64,000 nucleotides of DNA from SAR86 cluster bacterium SAR86A (GTDB lineage: Bacteria > Pseudomonadota > Gammaproteobacteria > Magnimaribacterales > D2472), in contig JH611156.1 of the NCBI GenBank assembly GCA_000252525.1, positions 578,109 through 642,108 of the forward strand, written 5' to 3'. The notes beneath the pieces were generated by a model. It worked only from the letters and a program-made list of their open reading frames with translations. It was not told where the DNA came from and did no database searches. The stretch's first letter is position 1, and each line of letters opens with the position of its first letter. Below, piece after piece: positions 60,783 through 64,000 of the stretch. The translations under genes were made by a program, and so were the position numbers.

Positions 60783-62003
60783 ATGGATTTTAACGACACC
60801 CCCGAACAAGCTAAATTTAGAAAAACATGTAGAGATTGGCTAGAAAAAAATGCACAGCTTAAAGATAGTTCACCATCTGAGTCTAATTTCGCTAACAAAG
60901 ACATAATTAAAGAAGCGAAAGCATGGCAAAAAAAGAAATATGATGCAGGTTGGGCCATGCTCCACTGGCCTAAAGAATATGGAGGTATTGGCGCATCTCC
61001 AATAGAAAGAATTATTTGGGCTAATGAAGAATCAAAGTTCAATGTACCAAAAGGTATTTTTGAAATTGGGTTAGGTATGTGCGGACCAGTAATGATGCAG
61101 TATGCTTCTGAGGAACAAAAAGAAAGATACTTACCTCCGATGGCTGAGGGTAAGGAAATTTGGTGTCAATTATTCTCAGAACCTTCAGCTGGATCTGACG
61201 TTGCTGGCCTAAGAAGTAAAGCAGTTCAAGATGGGGATAAATGGATAATAAATGGTCAAAAAGTTTGGACATCTGGTGCACACTTCTCTGATTATGGAAT
61301 TCTTGTAGTTAGGCATGATCCAAATCTTGAAAAGCACAAAGGTTTAACATTCTTTTTTGTTGATATGAAATCTCCAGGAATTGAAGTAAAGCCAATAAAA
61401 CAAATTACAGGTGGATCAAGTTTTAATGAGGTTTATTTCACAGATGTAGAAATACCTGATTCACAAAGACTTGGAGAAATTGGTGACGGCTGGAAAGTGG
61501 CGATTACAACCCTTATGAATGAAAGGTTGGCTGTTGGAGACGCGGATGGATGTGATGTTGAGGATGCATTCAAATGGGCTAAAACACAAGATAATCAGGG
61601 TGAACCCCTCCTTAATGATAAAGCTGCAAGAGAATCTATTGCTGATTGGTACTGCGAAGCAAGTGGACTTAAAAATACTAAACTCAGAACAATGTCTGCT
61701 TTATCAAAAGGCGATACACCAGGACCAGAAGCATCTATTACAAAAATCGTTAGTGCTGGAAAACTTCAAGATATAGGAAATTTTGGAATTGATTCAATGG
61801 ATATGACTGGTATGTTAAAAACTGATGATCCAGATATAAGAAGATTCCAAAATGCATGGCTTGGTGCTCCCGGACTAAGAATTGCTGGTGGAACTGATGA
61901 AATTCTGAGAAATATTATTGCTGAGAGAGTTTTGGGCCTTCCACAAGATCCTAGGGCAGACAAAGGAGTTGCATACAAAGATATTCCATCAGGAAAGTCT
62001 TAA
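60783..62003 (+). CDS. Acyl-CoA dehydrogenase family protein with IVD-type catalytic Glu (alpha-like subunit)
   Basis: 406 aa; CQLFSEPSAGSDVAG, WTSGAHFSD, MNERLAVG (Glu at the IVD/LCAD position) and IAGGTDEILRN motifs. Confidence 0.85.
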   Translation: MDFNDTPEQAKFRKTCRDWLEKNAQLKDSSPSESNFANKDIIKEAKAWQKKKYDAGWAMLHWPKEYGGIGASPIERIIWANEESKFNVPKGIFEIGLGMCGPVMMQYASEEQKERYLPPMAEGKEIWCQLFSEPSAGSDVAGLRSKAVQDGDKWIINGQKVWTSGAHFSDYGILVVRHDPNLEKHKGLTFFFVDMKSPGIEVKPIKQITGGSSFNEVYFTDVEIPDSQRLGEIGDGWKVAITTLMNERLAVGDADGCDVEDAFKWAKTQDNQGEPLLNDKAARESIADWYCEASGLKNTKLRTMSALSKGDTPGPEASITKIVSAGKLQDIGNFGIDSMDMTGMLKTDDPDIRRFQNAWLGAPGLRIAGGTDEILRNIIAERVLGLPQDPRADKGVAYKDIPSGKS

Positions 62004-62004
62004 G

Positions 62005-63711
62005 TTATCTAAAAATAGCTAGGAATTTAAGAAATTCTGTATTGCCTCCTTGCACAACTATTTCTCCAGATGAAATAGATGAAACAGGGTTTTTTAGTCC
62101 AGTAAGAACTCTTTTTAATTCAATTTCTTGTGTTAGTACCTCTAGATCACAATTATTTTGCGCTTCATTAGAGATAACAGCAACACCATTCCTAAGAGTA
62201 ATACTTCTTACTAATCCTGAACTAAAATTAAAGCATACCTTGTATAGAGACCCATCATGATCTTCAGGGTTAAACCTTACGGAAAGAACATTAAATAGGG
62301 TGTCAATCGATAAATTATTTAAAAAGGTGTCATCAATATTCATTAAATTAGTCAGCTCAAATTCATCATTAAGCTCTAAGGCAGATGATAAAAAATAATT
62401 CCTTTTGTTTGGATTGGAAGATTTAGCACCTTCATGTATAAGTGCTTTTTGTCTCAAAGTTTTAACCTCTGAATTAAAGAGGTCTAGCGAAATAAGATAA
62501 TCACTTAATTCAAGAGCCCATTGCATATCTTCTTTATCCACAGCTAGTCTAAGCTCTTTTATCAATTCATTTTCTCCGCCAGCTAATTTTGATATCCTTT
62601 TTGCTTTCTCTTTTCTTGATAAAGGATCTAATTCAGCGGGATTTCCATTAAACCATCCTAAATATCCATTAAATATGCTTTTCACGGACCACCTAACTGT
62701 TCCATAGAATTCGTATAAAAAAGGAGAGCTTGACAGGTTTTGAGGTAACTCTATCATTTCAGATATTTCATCAGGATAATAACCTGCATTCATAAGTCTA
62801 ATTGTTTGATCGTGAATATATTGGATTGCATCTCTGTATGTAATAAAAATATTGTTTATTTCATTTTTTCCAATAACAGGTCTTGTATGACTGGGAAATA
62901 AATATTCAGGATAAAATGATTTCATTAGGTCAAGACTTTCTATCCATCCTGTTACGTCGCGATGCGTGGTGCCTCTAATGGTATATAGATTAGGGAACGT
63001 TTTATAAATATTATCTCCAGGCATGAGCGATTTATGTTTCGGAAGCCACACAAATATTTGATCATTTGTTTCTCCTGGAGCATGATAAAGTTCAATTTCA
63101 ATACCTGAAATTGTAATTTTTAATTCATCACTAAATGTAAGGTCTGGTTTTACATAACCATTTGGAGATTTTGAGACATTTAAACGGGGCCCTATTCCAA
63201 CATTTATGAGCTCTTCTTCTGGTAAAAAAGTTCCAAACATTCTCGCACTTCTTTGAGTGATGATTGGGTTTAAAATCCCAATAATTCTTTGAACGTAATA
63301 ATCAGTATCCTCATGAGCAATTATTTGAGGTTTATAATCTTGTATATCTAAATAATAAGCAGCACCAAAGGTATGATCACCATGATTATGGGTGTAAATG
63401 ATTGCTTTGACAGGATTTGAATTCTTTTTTCTAAATAGTTCATATATTTTTTCAGCATCATATCTACTATCAGCAGCATCAATGATGATATTCCCATCTT
63501 GACCCTCTACCATGATTGAATTTGCAATACCAAAACCAATAGCAAAATGAATTTTTCCACCAGGGGTATCAAATGTAATTACCTCTTGGTTAAATTCATC
63601 TGAATGTTTTATGAGTTTTTCTACTTCAGATGTAGTTGGAACATTAAACTCAAGGTTTTCTTTTGAGCAGGAAGTTAATATTAAAAAAGTTAATATTGCG
63701 TATTTATACAA
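62005..63711 (-). CDS. Alkyl/aryl-sulfatase lipoprotein (MBL-fold, SdsA1/BDS1/YjcS family)
   Basis: 568 aa; lipobox LILTSC, MBL motif HNHGDH, dimerisation-domain motif GYLGWFNGNPAELDPL, SCP2-like C-terminus. Confidence 0.8.
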   Translation of the reverse strand: MYKYAILTFLILTSCSKENLEFNVPTTSEVEKLIKHSDEFNQEVITFDTPGGKIHFAIGFGIANSIMVEGQDGNIIIDAADSRYDAEKIYELFRKKNSNPVKAIIYTHNHGDHTFGAAYYLDIQDYKPQIIAHEDTDYYVQRIIGILNPIITQRSARMFGTFLPEEELINVGIGPRLNVSKSPNGYVKPDLTFSDELKITISGIEIELYHAPGETNDQIFVWLPKHKSLMPGDNIYKTFPNLYTIRGTTHRDVTGWIESLDLMKSFYPEYLFPSHTRPVIGKNEINNIFITYRDAIQYIHDQTIRLMNAGYYPDEISEMIELPQNLSSSPFLYEFYGTVRWSVKSIFNGYLGWFNGNPAELDPLSRKEKAKRISKLAGGENELIKELRLAVDKEDMQWALELSDYLISLDLFNSEVKTLRQKALIHEGAKSSNPNKRNYFLSSALELNDEFELTNLMNIDDTFLNNLSIDTLFNVLSVRFNPEDHDGSLYKVCFNFSSGLVRSITLRNGVAVISNEAQNNCDLEVLTQEIELKRVLTGLKNPVSSISSGEIVVQGGNTEFLKFLAIFR

Positions 63712-63721
63712 AATAAATTGC

Positions 63722-64000
63722 CTATAAAAAACTAAGCATTATTTCATCTACAAGAATAGCTGAAGCATCATCAGACGATATTGATCTTTTTGAACCATCT
63801 CGCCACACAGTTACAACTGTCCAAACTGTTCTCTCTTTTTCAAGGTCTTTTAAATTAATTCTTAGTATATTTTCAGTAACTGTGTAAACATCGTCTCTAA
63901 ACCTATAATAATCCCAATAATATCTTGAATAGTAATAGTCCATCCTGTCTGATTCTACAGATTCTTTAGTGGTAAAATTTATCTCAAAAATTAGATTTGA
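63722..64000 (-). CDS. Hypothetical protein, 3' part only (5' end outside window; possibly DUF4136-like)
   Basis: The frame is open from 63943 to the window end. ILRINLKDLEKERTVW resembles a DUF4136-type motif (weak, from memory). Confidence 0.35.
   Translation of the reverse strand, partial: SNLIFEINFTTKESVESDRMDYYYSRYYWDYYRFRDDVYTVTENILRINLKDLEKERTVWTVVTVWRDGSKRSISSDDASAILVDEIMLSFL

Overview
This is a gene-dense, visibly AT-rich segment (about one-third G+C by eye, not computed) from a streamlined gammaproteobacterial chromosome. The synteny is gammaproteobacterial: tRNA-His-tig-clpP-clpX-lon-hupB-ppiD, hda/DUF2066/purM-purN/DUF3108, and wrbA-DUF2069. The extreme compaction together with a TonB-dependent receptor and lipid-catabolic genes is reminiscent of marine SAR86-type genomes, but that is inference only. 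I call about 70 CDS, 7 tRNAs, and a few terminators, promoters and leader RNAs. I see no rRNA, CRISPR array, transposase, integrase, phage gene or recognisable defence gene. Neighbouring genes very often overlap by 1-15 nt, including convergent pairs, and three tRNA clusters sit only 8-20 nt upstream of protein-coding genes. Positions 1-45 kb are essentially housekeeping: an OppABC-like importer, protein quality control, purine, folate and lipid biosynthesis, replication and recombination genes, redox proteins and transporters. Positions 45-64 kb look accessory and are biased towards hydrophobic or alkyl compound catabolism. They hold a secreted alpha/beta hydrolase, three acyl-CoA dehydrogenases (two forming an apparent heteromeric alpha/beta pair), a LysR regulator, an SDR and a lipoprotein alkyl-sulfatase. 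They also hold a tight minus-strand operon: tRNA-Leu, structured leader with terminator, TonB-dependent receptor, orphan propeller-like protein, CYP153/CYP125-like P450, then an ACS-type MFS transporter. The most interesting items are this operon (no P450 redox partner is visible, and an uncharacterised 207-aa protein sits in that position) and its riboswitch-like conditional-terminator leader, which I cannot assign to a known class. Other items of note are an A10 slippery run at the expected gamma/tau boundary of dnaX, loss of ybaB from dnaX-recR with recX relocated there, and a ROSE-like thermometer with a sigma-32-like promoter upstream of ibpA. All functional calls rest on motif and synteny recognition by eye; no database search was run.
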